Shown: piece by piece, positions 12,602 through 25,572 of the stretch | Position numbering within the stretch: position 1 is the first letter of the stretch | Layout of the letters: every line of letters begins with the position of its first letter | Source: Chrysomallon squamiferum | Lineage: Eukaryota > Animalia > Mollusca | DNA: 64,000 bases | Reading direction: 5' to 3' | Assembly: GCA_012295275.1 (NCBI GenBank) | Contig: CM022676.1 | Location: 11,780,001-11,844,000 of the forward strand | Notes under the pieces: model-generated | What the model saw: only the letters and a program-made list of their open reading frames with translations | Databases searched by the model: none | What the model was told of the DNA's origin: nothing | Position numbers and translations under genes: made by a program

Positions 12602-13589
12602 ATGTGCTATAAACAACATGTGTATGTGAGCTCTGTGTGACGTGTGTTTATATTTTCAGGAATGACTCCGTATCCATCGATGGGACCACAAGAAGTACGA
12701 GAGAAAGTGGAGGCAGGTCACAGAATGCCTCAGCCTCCTCACTGCAGTCCAGCACTGTATGTATTCACTTCTTCTTTCACATCCTTCTCATAATAAATCT
12801 CAATGTATTGTAACATAACTAGCTTAAGACTTTGTTCAGCACTGTACGTATTCACTTCTTTTCTTTCACATTCCTTCTCATAATAAATCTCAATGTATTG
12901 TAACATAACTAGCTTAAGACTTTGTTCAGCACTGTACGTATTCACTTCTTCTTTCACATTCTTCTCATAATAAATCTCAATGTATTGTAACATAACTAGC
13001 TTAAGACTTTGTTCAGCACTGTACGTATTCACTTCTTCTTTCACATCCTTCTCATAATAAATCTCAAATTAGTGTAACAAAGATTAAGATTTTGTTTTAT
13101 GTTTTATACAACACTTTATTTCATGTTACAGATACAATACATTGTTACGTGCCACAGATACAACACAATGTTTCATGTTACAGATACAACACAATGTTTC
13201 ATGTTACAGATACAATACATTGTTACATGTCACAGATACAACACAATGTTTCATGTCACAGATACAACACATTATTTCATGTTACAGATACAACACAATG
13301 TTTCATGTTACAGATACAACACATTGTTACATGTCACAGATACAACACAATGTTTCATGTTACAGATACAACACAATGTTTCATGATACAGATACAACAC
13401 AATGTTTCATGTTACAGATACAACACAATGTTTGCATGCTGGCACAGTAACCCTGACGACCGGCCAACATACACTGAGTTGTTACAAGCTCTTCATGAGT
13501 TACTCACTGCTCACAAAACTCACATCATGACAGAGAAGCTTCCAGAATATCTCAAATCAACAGAGGAGGGTAACAGTTACATAGCATAG
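182..13589 (+). CDS. Ig-domain receptor tyrosine kinase-like protein, probable pseudokinase (5' end lies upstream of the window)
   Basis: Phase-consistent exons: 182-469 (Ig: ITLDC..W..VYNC), 1371-1658 (Ig: KMTC..FSW..EGTYRC), 2198-2263, 6852-6940 (TM: YAIGALISAGLAILLIIIFVFLAM), 7330-7437, 8046-8211 (WEIPR..IGKGAYVEV..VAVKKL), 8884-8994, 10380-10708, 12036-12147 (PTRWLAPE..SDMWAFGVVMWEI), 12660-12756 (GMTPYP..GHRMPQPPHC), 13418-13589 (CW..PDDRPTY, stop). Tyrosine-kinase subdomain motifs are recognisable; no orthologue could be assigned. Confidence 0.9.
439..830 (+). repeat. ~57-bp tandem repeat (7 copies) containing the exon 3' end and donor of the RTK Ig exon
   Basis: Unit tgtcaggttctacccccgctcaaaataaaca|gtcagtatcatttataattacttgtt; the first copy is the real junction at 469/470. 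Confidence 0.95.
1100..1420 (+). repeat. (CA)n-linked duplications of the acceptor of exon 1371
   Basis: actattactgtattttctctctgcag occurs about 4 times (~1145, 1204, 1286, 1345), separated by CA microsatellites; one copy carries ~50 nt of exon. Confidence 0.9.
4404..4451 (+). CDS. Candidate 48-nt cassette exon in the RTK extracellular juxtamembrane stalk
   Basis: Acceptor ttttcag and donor gtaagt; phase 1-1 matches the flanking exons; no stop; encodes xSLIHSINRKPRFGSL. Confidence 0.45.
7740..8075 (+). repeat. Three degenerate copies of the acceptor and start of the first kinase exon
   Basis: tcagaatactcacagct-like copies at ~7743, 7846 and 7954 precede the real one at 8049; divergence increases with distance from the exon. 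Confidence 0.85.
8210..8748 (+). repeat. ~59-bp donor-anchored tandem repeat (~9 copies)
   Basis: Unit gtgagtgttgtctgaactcacacttcactcacaaagtttagtttttattaatatcacag, starting exactly at donor 8212. Confidence 0.95.
8995..10030 (+). repeat. 66-bp intronic tandem repeat (~15 copies) starting at donor 8995
   Basis: Unit aaaacagtatctaacaaacaacacaattataaatatcatacatctatttactattcttatcttttt; donor-like tggtaaaatattctt recurs at ~9136 and ~10004. Confidence 0.95.
10709..11880 (+). repeat. (CTA)n/ctgtcacttcta compound microsatellite starting at a donor
   Basis: About 1.1 kb of cta/ctg triplets punctuated by tgtcactt, directly after gtaagtcac. Confidence 0.95.
12171..12378 (+). repeat. 67-bp repeat (3 copies plus a partial) of the kinase exon 3' end and donor, with an internal 21-nt deletion
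   Basis: Unit caactacagtgtgcagtctgacgtgtgggagattgtacattacg|gtaagttaaaacttgaactagca. Confidence 0.95.
12750..13068 (+). repeat. ~88-bp donor-anchored repeat (~3.5 copies)
   Basis: cagcact|gta(t/c)gtattcacttctt... recurs at 12750, 12837, 12927 and 13014. Confidence 0.93.
13119..13432 (+). repeat. 26-bp acceptor-anchored repeat (12 copies)
   Basis: Unit tttcatgttacag|atacaacacaatg; the last copy is the real acceptor at 13417/13418. Confidence 0.95.
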
Positions 13590-13597
13590 ATGTTGTT

Positions 13598-13975
13598 TAC
13601 CCAGTCTTTTGTGATGTAAATATACCCAGTCTTTTGTGACGTAAATATACCCAGTCTTTTGTGACTTGTAGGTGATCAGGTTTTTGTTTAGACTTATGTG
13701 AAGTATCTGTGAATATACCCAGTCTTTTGTGACGTATATAAACAAATTATATAGTCACTCAGTCTTTAATGAGGTTAAAATGTATTAAACTCAGTCTTTT
13801 GTGACTTATATGTATGTGAACAAATTACACCAGTCACTCAGTCTTTTGTGAATTGCATGTGATAACACCCAGTCTTTTGTGATTTATGTGAACAGATTGA
13901 TAATTAGTCACTCAGTCTTTTATGACTAATATTTGAGCAGATCTGCGTAAAGATTCACTGTCTTTTGTGACTTGT
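13598..13975 (+). repeat. Degenerate cagtcttttgtga repeat just after the RTK stop codon (3' UTR)
   Basis: About 9-10 spaced copies of (c/t)cagtcttttgtga. Confidence 0.8.
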
Positions 13976-15676
13976 ATGTAAATATATCATCATATAAAAC
14001 CAGCCAGTATTTGTTATGTGCTAAGAGGCAGTGACAATTGACTAACAAAAACAATCTTCCACCAAGCACAGGTTTTCTTTCTAAGACAACCAGGTTTAAC
14101 AAGCCAGTGCTAAAACTGTTAACACAGTTGAGTTTTTAATCAGATTTCTTTGTGGGTTCTGCTTTGATCTTTACAAACACAAAACTCAAGCTGTGGATCA
14201 GCTTTCTCAAAAATCCATATAAATTGGGCATAAAAATTGCAAAAACAAAAGTCATAAAAAAATTTAGAAATTTATTGGGTTTATTTTGCATATTCATATC
14301 TTTATTTTGTCAAATTTCATGGATATAATTCTCAGAAAGATGGTAATGAAAGACTGGATAGGAAATTCAGAATTTTTAAATTTAAATTTTTTAATTTGAA
14401 TATGAATGATTTATTTCTTTGAAATTTGGCATGGAACCAGTAAGAGCTTGTGCATAGTAACCTGGAATTGTTGACAAACTCAGTTTGAGAAACACTATGA
14501 TAGACTGGTCCTTACTCTGTTACTGAAGTTTTCTTTTTATGAAAGATGATACTGAACTGACAAGGAACCAAGTTTTCACCTGGCTTCAGTTTACAAATCT
14601 AGATGTTTGCATTTGTGAATGTCTTGTTTCAGTTAAACCAATTATTATTATTTGTAAAAATAACTAGTCTATAATATAAATAAATGTAAAATTCTAAAAT
14701 GTCAATTTTTGCAATATACCTGGTTTAATAATAATAAGTCATATTTATTACCCCAGTGGTAACATTTAAACATACATAAATGTTTCCAATGTATTTGCTA
14801 TAGTAACAAAAGATTTGGTATATATTTATTGCTAAAGGATCAAAGTTTCTGTTATATTAATTTTTATAATAATTTTACTATAACAATAAATTATATTTTA
14901 TTACTACAAGGGTTAACATTTTATCATATATAAATATTTTTAAAACATCCAGTGTAACTGTGTTATATTTATTGCTGTTTGTGTCTGTGTAATATATGTA
15001 ATATTACCATGCAATAGTAAAAGCAATATTAAATACTGTGTTAATGGATTAATTACTACACAAGCTTGTTGTTGTTTTGTGAATGTAAATTTTCACTTAC
15101 AGTTGTATTGAAGTACAAATATTAACATATTATTATGTTAGGTTTTGTTTTCTTGTTTTTATTATTATTTTTATTATTATTATTATTATCATCATCATCA
15201 TTATTGTTATTATTATTGTATTATTACAATGTAAAATATAAGTACATTACAAATCCCTAATACTTACAGACTTTACTTTTATTATTCAAGTATACAAATA
15301 TTTGTAAATTATCAATCACATTTTTATATAAAATAATTGTTGTCACAGTCTAATAATAATATAATCTTATTAATCATACTTCTTATATGTAATAATCATT
15401 ATTATTATTACAAATGTTATTTTTTTTGAAATTTTCATTAACTAGTAAGTTTCAGATATTAATCAGCTTTCAGGTATTAATCAGTGTGTGTTTGTGTTCT
15501 GAGTTGTTTTGTAGATAAATTTACAATTGTTTACATTTGAGTTTTTTTATTTTAGATACGAGTTACTGTTATTACTGTTATCCATTCCAGTACTTTTATA
15601 ATTATTATTTTATCTTAGATTATTTGTTTTTTACATTTAATATTGATATATAATGAGTGTTCCAGTATATTTGTAT

Positions 15677-15764
<88 letters not shown>

Positions 15765-16084
15765 ACATTTTAGATATTAAGTTTGAAGTTCTTTTTATAA
15801 CTTTTTTTTGAAAGTTAGAAGTTTTAACTTTGTTTTTGTATAAAAAGTTTGTACATTCTTGAGACAGGTATTTTTTATTTAACCATGACATAATTTGTAC
15901 TGTTTTAGTATCATAGTGTTTTAAACTGTTTTTATGTAATTTTCAACAGCATATTGTTATAACTGAATGAATCATATCACTTTATATACCTCAGTATCTT
16001 ATATTTTAATCTTATGTTTAGCTTAAAATTATTTAATTTTGTTTCATTTGATTGTCAAGGAATTTAATATTTTCACTGATTATC

Positions 16085-16710
16085 AGGTTAACATTAGTTT
16101 ACTGATTAATAACATTAGTTTACTGATAGATAACATTAGTTTACTGATTAATAAACATTAGTTAACTGATAGATAAGATTAGTTTACTAATATATTTGTT
16201 TATATATTTTATATATTTTACTTAATTCACAATAGTTTACTGATTATAGATTCATTTACTTTTGATTCATTCTTGTGAAGATATCACAATTTGGATGTCA
16301 GTTTTGTAAGATCACAGTAGGTTACTGATTGATAACATTAGTTTACTGTTCACTGCAATTTATAGATCTGTAGTAGGTGATAATAATTTTGTAATCAAAG
16401 CTTAGTAAATTCACTATTAGTTCTGACCAAGATATAGATAACATTAGTTTACTTTTCACAATATTTACTGATCATTGTTTAGATAACATTAGTTTACTGT
16501 TCACAGTATTTATTGATCTTTGTTTAGATAAGATTAGTTTAATTAGTTCATATTTACTCATCATTTAGATAAGATTAGTTTACTGTTCACAGTATTACCG
16601 ATTAGTTCACAATATTTACTGATCACTGTTTTGGATAACATTAGTTTACTGTTCACAATATTTTCTTATGATTTAGTTAAATTTATTGCTACTGTGTACC
16701 AGTTTACTAA
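16085..16710. repeat. Degenerate taacattagtttactg repeat
   Basis: More than 10 imperfect copies between the converging 3' ends of the RTK and CEP295-like genes. Confidence 0.75.
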
Positions 16711-18434
16711 GAATTTACTTAACTGACACTAGTTTTTTGTTAGTTGTTTCTCTGTGCGTTGTAAAATTTGATACAAACTTTTAGTAACCAACCCATTTTG
16801 TGGTTTTCAGCTGTTTTGTGTAGGATTCAAGTGCTTTGAAATAATGTTGGTCATTAAGAAAATAAGAGTCATTTTAATTTTAATCTTATTGTAAAAGCAA
16901 TTTAAATGTTAATCTTATATTTATTTTTAATGTTCAGAACTAAAATAATACAACGTATGATATGTTCTTAACCAAAACTAATTTATATTTTATTGATATA
17001 ATTACACAATATTGATATTTTCCTTCTAAGCAACAGTAATAGTAATTAAATATTATCAGATCTTTAACAAGATAAACTGAACTTTTGTTTTGAACCGTTT
17101 TTAATTATTTTAGCGTTTTCTTTATTAAAAAAGGTCACAGAATTATTACTTTTTTTTTTTCTATAACTTTTATTCGTTAAAATGTGAATGTTATTGTTTG
17201 TACAGTCTGTAGGTATATTTAATATCTAGTCACTTGTTTAATAGTTTCTGTTTGGTGCAACTTCATAGATCTCAGTGTTTCTTATTGATGTTTTTAACTG
17301 ATTATTTCACAGTGTTTCCATATTGTAATGTTTTATACGTGTTTCTGTTCTTTTTCTATGTGCTAATTGATGTACTGGATATAAATAAAAAATAAAAGTC
17401 ACTTTGTCTTCTGTCTTCATTTTTTTTTAATATGTGCAACTAAGAATGAAATAGCATATAAAAAATAAAATAAAAGGGTATACTTTTTGGATTTTGTGTT
17501 GTTTAGGTTGTTAGGTTAAATCAGTATTCACTGGGATTCCTGTAATGGACTTCTTTCTGAATGAAAAGGTTTAATCCTAATTTTAGTGCTCTCATATTTT
17601 GAAATGATAAATATCCTTGGTGCCTGTATTTTGCCTGTTGATGTTAGCTGGGTTTGAATGTCACACAGAGTAGCAATCACTAGAGTGTATGAACATTAAA
17701 CATCTTTCTCTAAAGAACGATGGAGAATGTGAGAAAATGTCCTTGAATGCAGCTGAATGTGGAAAAATAAAACCAGGAATTTGTGAACAGGCTGAAAGAT
17801 AACCACGTAACAAAACCATTTACATCTGTTACACATACCAACAGAAACACACTCAAATATACAAAAACACAGCCACACACACGCACACATTAAGCCAAAT
17901 CAAACAAGAACAAATGAGATGAATAAATATATATATTTAATTATATTTACATACAGTTAATATTATATTTATATACATTCATATATTTGTTTCAGTGACA
18001 TAAAAAAAAAATAATGTTACTGTAACTATTTCTTAAAACATCCTGATAAATAAATATATAATAAATTACATATATAGATTCAATTTTATAAATTAATTTT
18101 TTTACAAATTTATTCTGGTTTTATAACTTTAAAGTGTTTTTTTTTTTTGTTTTTTTTAAAAACTGCAAAGGATTTGAGTACAGAATACTGGATACCTCCT
18201 TAGTTCAGTAACACTCAGTATTTTTAAACTAGATAATGTCAACACTACAGTTTACTTTTGTGGTCAGTAGTGTCAAAATAAATTAACTAAAGTTAACAGA
18301 AACATCTGCCTATTGATCAAACTGATGTACAGCATTGTTTTTAAGAAAAGCTATCTGGTCTAGCTGGTAATGGAAGTTTTAGCTTCATCACTGACCCTGG
18401 TACCAAAATACACTGACTGTTAAATAAATGTGGT

Positions 18435-20827
18435 TCAGTTCAGATGTAGATTAAATATATCATCACTGTGCGTGTTCAGATTCTGTGACGATGTTGTAGT
18501 TGCTGCTGGCAGTGTGTGACTGGCTGTCACAGTACTGAGAGGAGGTGTATAGGATGGTACACTGGATACAACAGGAGGCAAGTCTGAGTTTAGATCAAAA
18601 CTCCTTGGCTTGTAGAAATCATCTGAGATATCTGTGTCGTCTGTTGTCAGACTGTTAAACTGAGAGTCAGACAGCTGGTTAAAATCACTGTCAGATGTAC
18701 TCACCTCTGCCTGTCTGTTAAATGTATCCAACCCTGTCGGTCTGTTAAATGTATCCAACCCTGTCGGTCTGTTAAATGTATCCAACCCTGTCTGTTTGTT
18801 AAATGTATCCAACCCTGTCGGTCTGTTAAATGTATCCAACCCTGTCGGTCTGTTAAATGTATCCAACCCTGTCTGTCTGTTAAATGTATCCAACCCTCCC
18901 TGTCTGTTAAATGTATCCAACCCTGTCGGTCTGTTAAATGTATCCAAACCTGCCTGTCTGTTAAATGTATCCAACCCTGTCTGTCTGTTAAATGTATCCA
19001 ACCCTGTCTGTCTGTTAAATGTATCCAACCCTGTCGGTCTGTTAAATGTATCCAACCCTGTTTGTTTGTTAGATGTATCCACCTCTGTGTGTCCTGGACA
19101 TGGTAAAGGTCGGTGGGAGAGCCAGGTACTCATCAGGTGAGTAAGGTGAGCTCCTCAGCAGCTCTCTGCTTCTCTTCAGCCTCTTCTCCGTCTCCTTTGC
19201 CCAGTCAGAGAAGTTTGAGTCAGATGACTGCTCACTCTGTTGACTGAGAATTCTCTCCTGGTACTCGCGCACTTTCTGCTGACACTCCCGCGCCCGGTCC
19301 TGGACCTCGCGAGACTTTGCCACGCTGAAGTAGCCCGTGTCAAGTGACGACATCGGACGATCAGACATCTGAGAGGACACCGGATGATTTCTTAAAAATA
19401 AAACACAAATAACACAATGCAGCATAATGTTATATAGTGTATATTGCAGTTTGTGTTAATAATATACTGTGGTGTAGTGTAGTGTAGTGTAATACTGTGT
19501 ATGTAATGAAATATAATAAATACAAATAAAAATAAACCGAACATAAGATTTTAAACAAAAAAGATATGTAAAGATGAAAACAGATTTATAAGTAACATTA
19601 ACAACACAAATTTATAATAATAATGAAAACAAAAATGTATCTCTGCTTAAAACATTTAAAACTAATCTACTTTAAAATAGAAATTTAAACCAAAAACAAC
19701 AATTTTTTAAATTGCAGTTAATAGTAATAAAACCACCAATTAAAACAAAACTGATCAAAAAAAAAAAAAAAAAAAATCAAATAAAATGTAAGTTAATAAA
19801 AGGAAACAAATTCAGACATTGAAAACGTGACATGATTTGATTAAACTGATTGTTTGATTTCATGTGAAATGAACCAGTCATTAGGAACGAAACATTGATT
19901 CAGATAACAGAAAAAAATATAAAATAATATAAAAAAATAAACAAAGATATTAAAAATAAAAAATGAGACAAATTTGCTTACTCGTTGAAATTATTTACTT
20001 CCATGTTCATCTCATTGGAGAGAGGCTCACCCAATTCAAACATACAAACGTCAGACGTGGTTGCTATGGAAACAGGAATCCGAGCTGATGTTGTGTAAAT
20101 GGGAATCTGTGCTGTCACTGTTCTGGAAACAGGGACAGGAATGTCAGGAGTCACCCTGGTACCTGGAATCTGTGCTGATGTTGTCATGGAAACAGGAATG
20201 TAAGGAGTTGCCCTTGTAATGGGAATCTGAGCTGATGTTGACACAGAAAACGGGATTTGATTTCTGGTCATCATGGAAACAGGAATCTGATTTGTTGTGT
20301 TGGAAACAGGAACCTGTAATGATAAAGAAGTGAAATGTTGAAGTTACTGTTATCTTCTCTGACAAGCAGTTATGGGTACTGTCTGGAACGGGAAACAGAT
20401 GTTGTAAAGAAGACTGATCATGAATGAGTTTAGTTTTCTAAAAACTTGGTAACAAAACAACGATGTACTTGTCTGGATGTACCAGTGTACTGCAAGTTTA
20501 CAACTTACATCTACAACCAGTGGTTTTTCTTGTTTTAAAGAAAAGTTACATTTATATACAGCTGTCAATTCTTACATGTCTTACATTTAAACATGAAATA
20601 TATTTACATACAAATGTAATATATTAAGAATTATGTGTTCTTTTTAAAGGAATCAAGGCAACGTTGGAAGACTTGATGGCTGTGCATATATATATAAAAA
20701 CTTAAATTTACATGATTATGAATTTCAGCATGTGAAGTTTCTTCTCTTCCTGGCAGAGAATACTCAGACAGGGGAGACAAGTCTGTAAGGAAAATAAAAA
20801 AAACACCTAAAAACCCATAAACTCTTG

Positions 20828-20860
<33 letters not shown>

Positions 20861-23800
20861 TATTGTAACAGAATTGTCCTATGTTTAAGCTAAATCATGG
20901 CTATAGAAAATCTGAATAATTCACTCAACTAAACACTTTGTTTTGGAGGTGTAATCAAAATTAAAAACCTGAAATACAGCTACAAGTATTCTTTTCAGAT
21001 TTAATTATTTAATTTACATCAGTTTCATAAAGAAAGACGAAAAATAGATTAAAAAAAAAATAAAAAGATAAATCTGCTGATTTTAAAGATATGTAAACAC
21101 ACTCACTTTCAACCCGAGAATATTTAGTCTTTTTTCTGTTTGTTACATCCACATTTTCTTTATTTTCTGTTTCAAAATCCTCAGTCCTCTTCTCTGTGCG
21201 TTCAAAACCATCTCGTCCATCACTCAGTTCATCTTTCTGTGTGTCTGCAAACTTGGACGCCCGCTGCCTCAGTCTTTCTAGCTGTTGTGAGCGGAATGAT
21301 TTTCCTGACGACGTATTTTTCGTGCTGTACTCTGTGCTGTCAAGTTTTGTGATTTCCTCAGCAACCTTCACCTTGTGTTCTTCCTTCTGTTCCTGTATTC
21401 TGTTCCGAAGTTTCTTCAAAATCATTTCTGAAACAAAACAAAATCTTGAAACATTTAATACAAACACTTTTAATGTTATAAAAAAAATATATTTAAAAAA
21501 AAATAACAATAAATGAAATTGTAGAAATAGAGAAGATTTTAACTTCTTTTAGTTTTTTAAGCATCATATGCAAAAAATAATCAAAGAAAACATGAACTGT
21601 GAACATAATAAAACCAGTTTGAAAACAATGTTAGAAATGTAATTTAATAAAACCAGTTTTGGAAACAATGGATAAATATCTTAAGTCAAGGTATTATGGG
21701 AAATAAACAGCAAACGTTTTCTTTGCAGAATTTCAGAATCATAAACAGATGTCAAAATCGTGATGGATATAATAAAACTATTAAAAAAAAGTTTTGTCTC
21801 CAGGTAAATGCCTGGTTTGGAGAGGTGTTTGGATTACTGAGGTATTTACATTTAAATACTTGATAATCTATACAACCACGGATAGTTTGGTTTTGTGAAT
21901 TCTGGTTTAGTGTGGATCTTGTTTAGAGAAGTTTCTCTGTATTAGAATGAAGTTTCTCTGTATTAGAATGTGTTGTGAAGTGTATTCACTGACTGGTCAC
22001 TTTGTTCAGTGACAGAATACCTTGTTTTGTCTCCTGAGTTCTTGCTGTTTCCTCATTCTTGTCACTCAGCTGTGACTGATGTTCATGGTCTGCTGACGAC
22101 ACTGAGGCATTCTGGGAATCTTCAGAAGATGGTGTGCTGGGTATGGGATTCAGATCCAATGTCAACTCAAGGTCATCTTTATTTTCTGAAAAGTGTAAAA
22201 CATCTGTCAATTTTACCACCATCTTGTACTTTTTAATTTTGTTGTGATGTCACCACTTACTACTGATAAACAAATGTAAAAATTAACTGTGTTTTTTTTT
22301 ATAAAAATTCACTTAGTGTAAACCACTTGAGTCATGTTAGGAAGTAAGTAAAAACTCAGTGTATGCTATGCAGTGCAATGAAAGATGAATGTAAGAAAAC
22401 ACTGTAAACAAAGGAGTAAACACTGTAAACAAAGTAGTAAACACTGTAAACAAAGGAGTAAACACTGTAAACAAAGGAGTAAACACTGTAAACAAAGGAG
22501 TAAACACTGTAAACAAAGTAGTAAACACTGTAAACAAAGCAGTAAACACTGACCAAGGTAAAGTTTTTCAAATGCGTGCTCCATGTCTGTCTGCTTTTCA
22601 GCTTTCTCCTCAATACGTCTGTTTGGTGGAATAAAAACTTGTTTCTGAAACAGTAACACAGACAGTGGAATAACAACACAGACAGTGAAACAATAACACA
22701 ATAATGTGAAACAATAACAGATACAGTGAAACAACTTGAGAAGCACTGTTTGTTATCTTATTGCTAACAACACATTTTAAACTTCATTCTTCTATGTGCA
22801 TGTTTTTGAAATTCTAATTCTGTATATTTGTATTTTTAAAACTATTAACAGTGGTTTTTAAGTGAAATTTGAAGACATTACTGAGATATTTGTACATTGA
22901 TTTATTGTGTGTGTGAGTATATATATGTGTGCCATTCTGTTCCACAACCTTTTGCCATCTGAGTGAGCTTTATGAATCCATCCTCCCAGTGTGATGAACT
23001 GATCTAAACAGTAACAACTGTAGTTCCATGCCAATACTTCTATGTCTGTGTTTTCAGATCTGAATATATATTGTAAATGGCTTGTCTGTTCAACTGTGTA
23101 TTTTGTGTCAGTGTGAGTTCCTATGTTATCTAACTGGTTTGAAAATCTCTGTTATGAGTTTACTAAAATTACACATATTTAAAAACAGACAGACAGACAA
23201 ACAGACAACTGACTGGTATATCTGCTACAATTTCCTGTCTTCGTCTACGATCTGCTCTCTGCATGAAACTCAAATCTTCCAACATCGCCTCATACTCCTG
23301 TAAAAAACATAGACTTTTATTATCTTTAAATTATATCTTACTCCTGTAAAAAACATAAACTTTTATTATCTTTAAATTATATCTTACTCCTGTAAAAAAC
23401 ATAGACTTTTATTATCTTTAAATTATATCTTACTCCTGTAAAAAACAAAAACTTTTATTATCTTTAAATTATATCTTACTCCTGTAAAAAACATAGATTT
23501 TTATTATTCCTTACTCCTGTAAAATACATAGACTTTTATTATTTCTTACTCCTGTAAAATACATAGACTTTTATTATTCCTTACTCCTGTAAAAACATAG
23601 ACTTTTATTATCTTTAAATTATACTACTTTAGAAAAAAAAAGAAAAAAGAATTACACGTAAATTAAATATTACATACTACTTGTATAAGACACACACTGC
23701 TAACATTATTTTTAAATTATATCTTATACACACACACAATGTTAATATTACATGTAAATTATATATATATAAGATTACATGACATGCTGTATGACACATG

Positions 23801-25479
23801 AAAACTACTAACAGAAGTGAACAAAGAGACTGTGTGTGAGGGTAACGTTACTAACAGAAGTGAACAAAGAGACTGTGAGAGTAACGTTACTAACAGAAGT
23901 GAACAAAGAGACTGTGTATGAAGGTTACGTTACTAACAGAATTGAACAAAGAGACTGTGTGAGAGTTACGTTACTAACAGAATTGAACAAAGAGACTGTG
24001 GGAGAGTTACGTTACTAACAGAATTGAACAAAGAGTCTGTGTGAGAGTTACATTACTAACAGAATTGAACAAAGAGACTGTGTGAGAGTTACGTACGTGT
24101 TTCAACTGTTCTTTCTTGATCGCCTCCTGCCCGCGAATCTTTGCTCGGACGATGGCTTCTTCAAACGATTTTTTCTTTGCAGCAATTTTCTCTTTGATCC
24201 TCTCATCCTCCTCTTCAGCAGCAGAAATCCCATCTACCTAAAAACACATTATTATTAGTTTCTTAATGAATTATTGATATTAGTAGAAACGGTTAGTTCT
24301 TGTGTAATAATCAAGTTCTATAACTTTCGTTATAAACGTGATATGTGTACTCAGTGTTAGAAATGTAATGTGTTTGTGTTTATTATGTATTCTGGGTGGG
24401 TTGTGTGTAAAGTGATATGTATACTCAGTGTTAGAAATGTAATGTGTTTGTGTTTATTATGTATTCTGGGTGGGTTGTGTGTAAAGTGATATGTATACTC
24501 AGTGTTAGAAATGTAATGTGTTTGTGTTTATTATGTATTCTGGGTGGGTTGTGTGTAAAGTGATATGTGTACTCAGTGTTAGAAATGTAATGTGTTTGTG
24601 TTTATTATGTATTCTGGGTGGGTTGTGTGTAAAGTGATATGTGTACACAGTGTTAGAAATGTAATGTGTTTGTGTTTATGTATTCTGGGTGGGTTGTGTG
24701 TCAATCTTTATCTAAATTCTAAATACCTGCTCCTCTGGGCCTGCTCTCACCACACTGCATTCTGGGATATGGTAGTGGGTTGTGGTGAAGGCATTTGTGT
24801 CAGTCATCACAACAGGTTTCACTAAAAAAAAAAAAAAAAAAAAAATAAAATAAATTCAGACAAAAAATTATTTATTTGACAATTCTTTTTAACACATGTG
24901 TTGCCAATAATCAGTAGAAATTTTATTACCGACTTCAAATTTAAAACTGACTCTTGCTGCGTTTTAAATTTGAAAGAAGAAGAAGAAATAAATAAATACA
25001 ACTGAGTTTTGAAAAACTGCAAGCAGAGGTACTGCTGTATGAACAGACATCAAAATAGTGAGACAAAGATTAGGAGAACAATACCACAAGTATGTTAACA
25101 TGTGAATGGAAATAAAAACAGTGAGATAGAAATACTGAGATAGAAATAGTGAGATAGAAGTACACAGATAGAAATACTGAGATAAAAATACTGAGATAGA
25201 AATACTGAGATAGAAATACTGAGATAGAAATAGTGAGATAGAAGTACACAGATAGAAATACTGAGATAAAAATACTGAGATAGAAATACTGAGATAGAAA
25301 TACTGAGATAGAAATAGTGAGATAGAAGTACACAGATAGAAATACTGAGGTGCTGACCTTTCTCTCGCAGGATGTCATCAAGTGGGTCGGGTGGAGGTGG
25401 GGGAAGGGAGGCAACTGTTGCTGAACGTTCCCTCTCCACAGCCAGAGCTGCCTGTCTGTGAACAGTAAAAATATATATC

Positions 25480-25572
<93 letters not shown>

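Noticed and set aside
182-13589. Naming the RTK as FGFR, PTK7 or RET
   Set aside because: The motifs are too divergent and the ectodomain is incomplete, so no symbol can be supported.
15678-15762. Simple (GT)n, (GA)n and (AAT)n microsatellites here and at many other sites
   Set aside because: Ordinary microsatellites; not listed individually.
17520-17890. Possible further CEP295 exon near 17750
   Set aside because: An acceptor-like site exists, but all three frames stop quickly and no ALMS-like motif is visible.
20349-20382. Extra small CEP295 exon
   Set aside because: It would need a ~35-nt intron, and exons 20712 and 20313 already join in phase.
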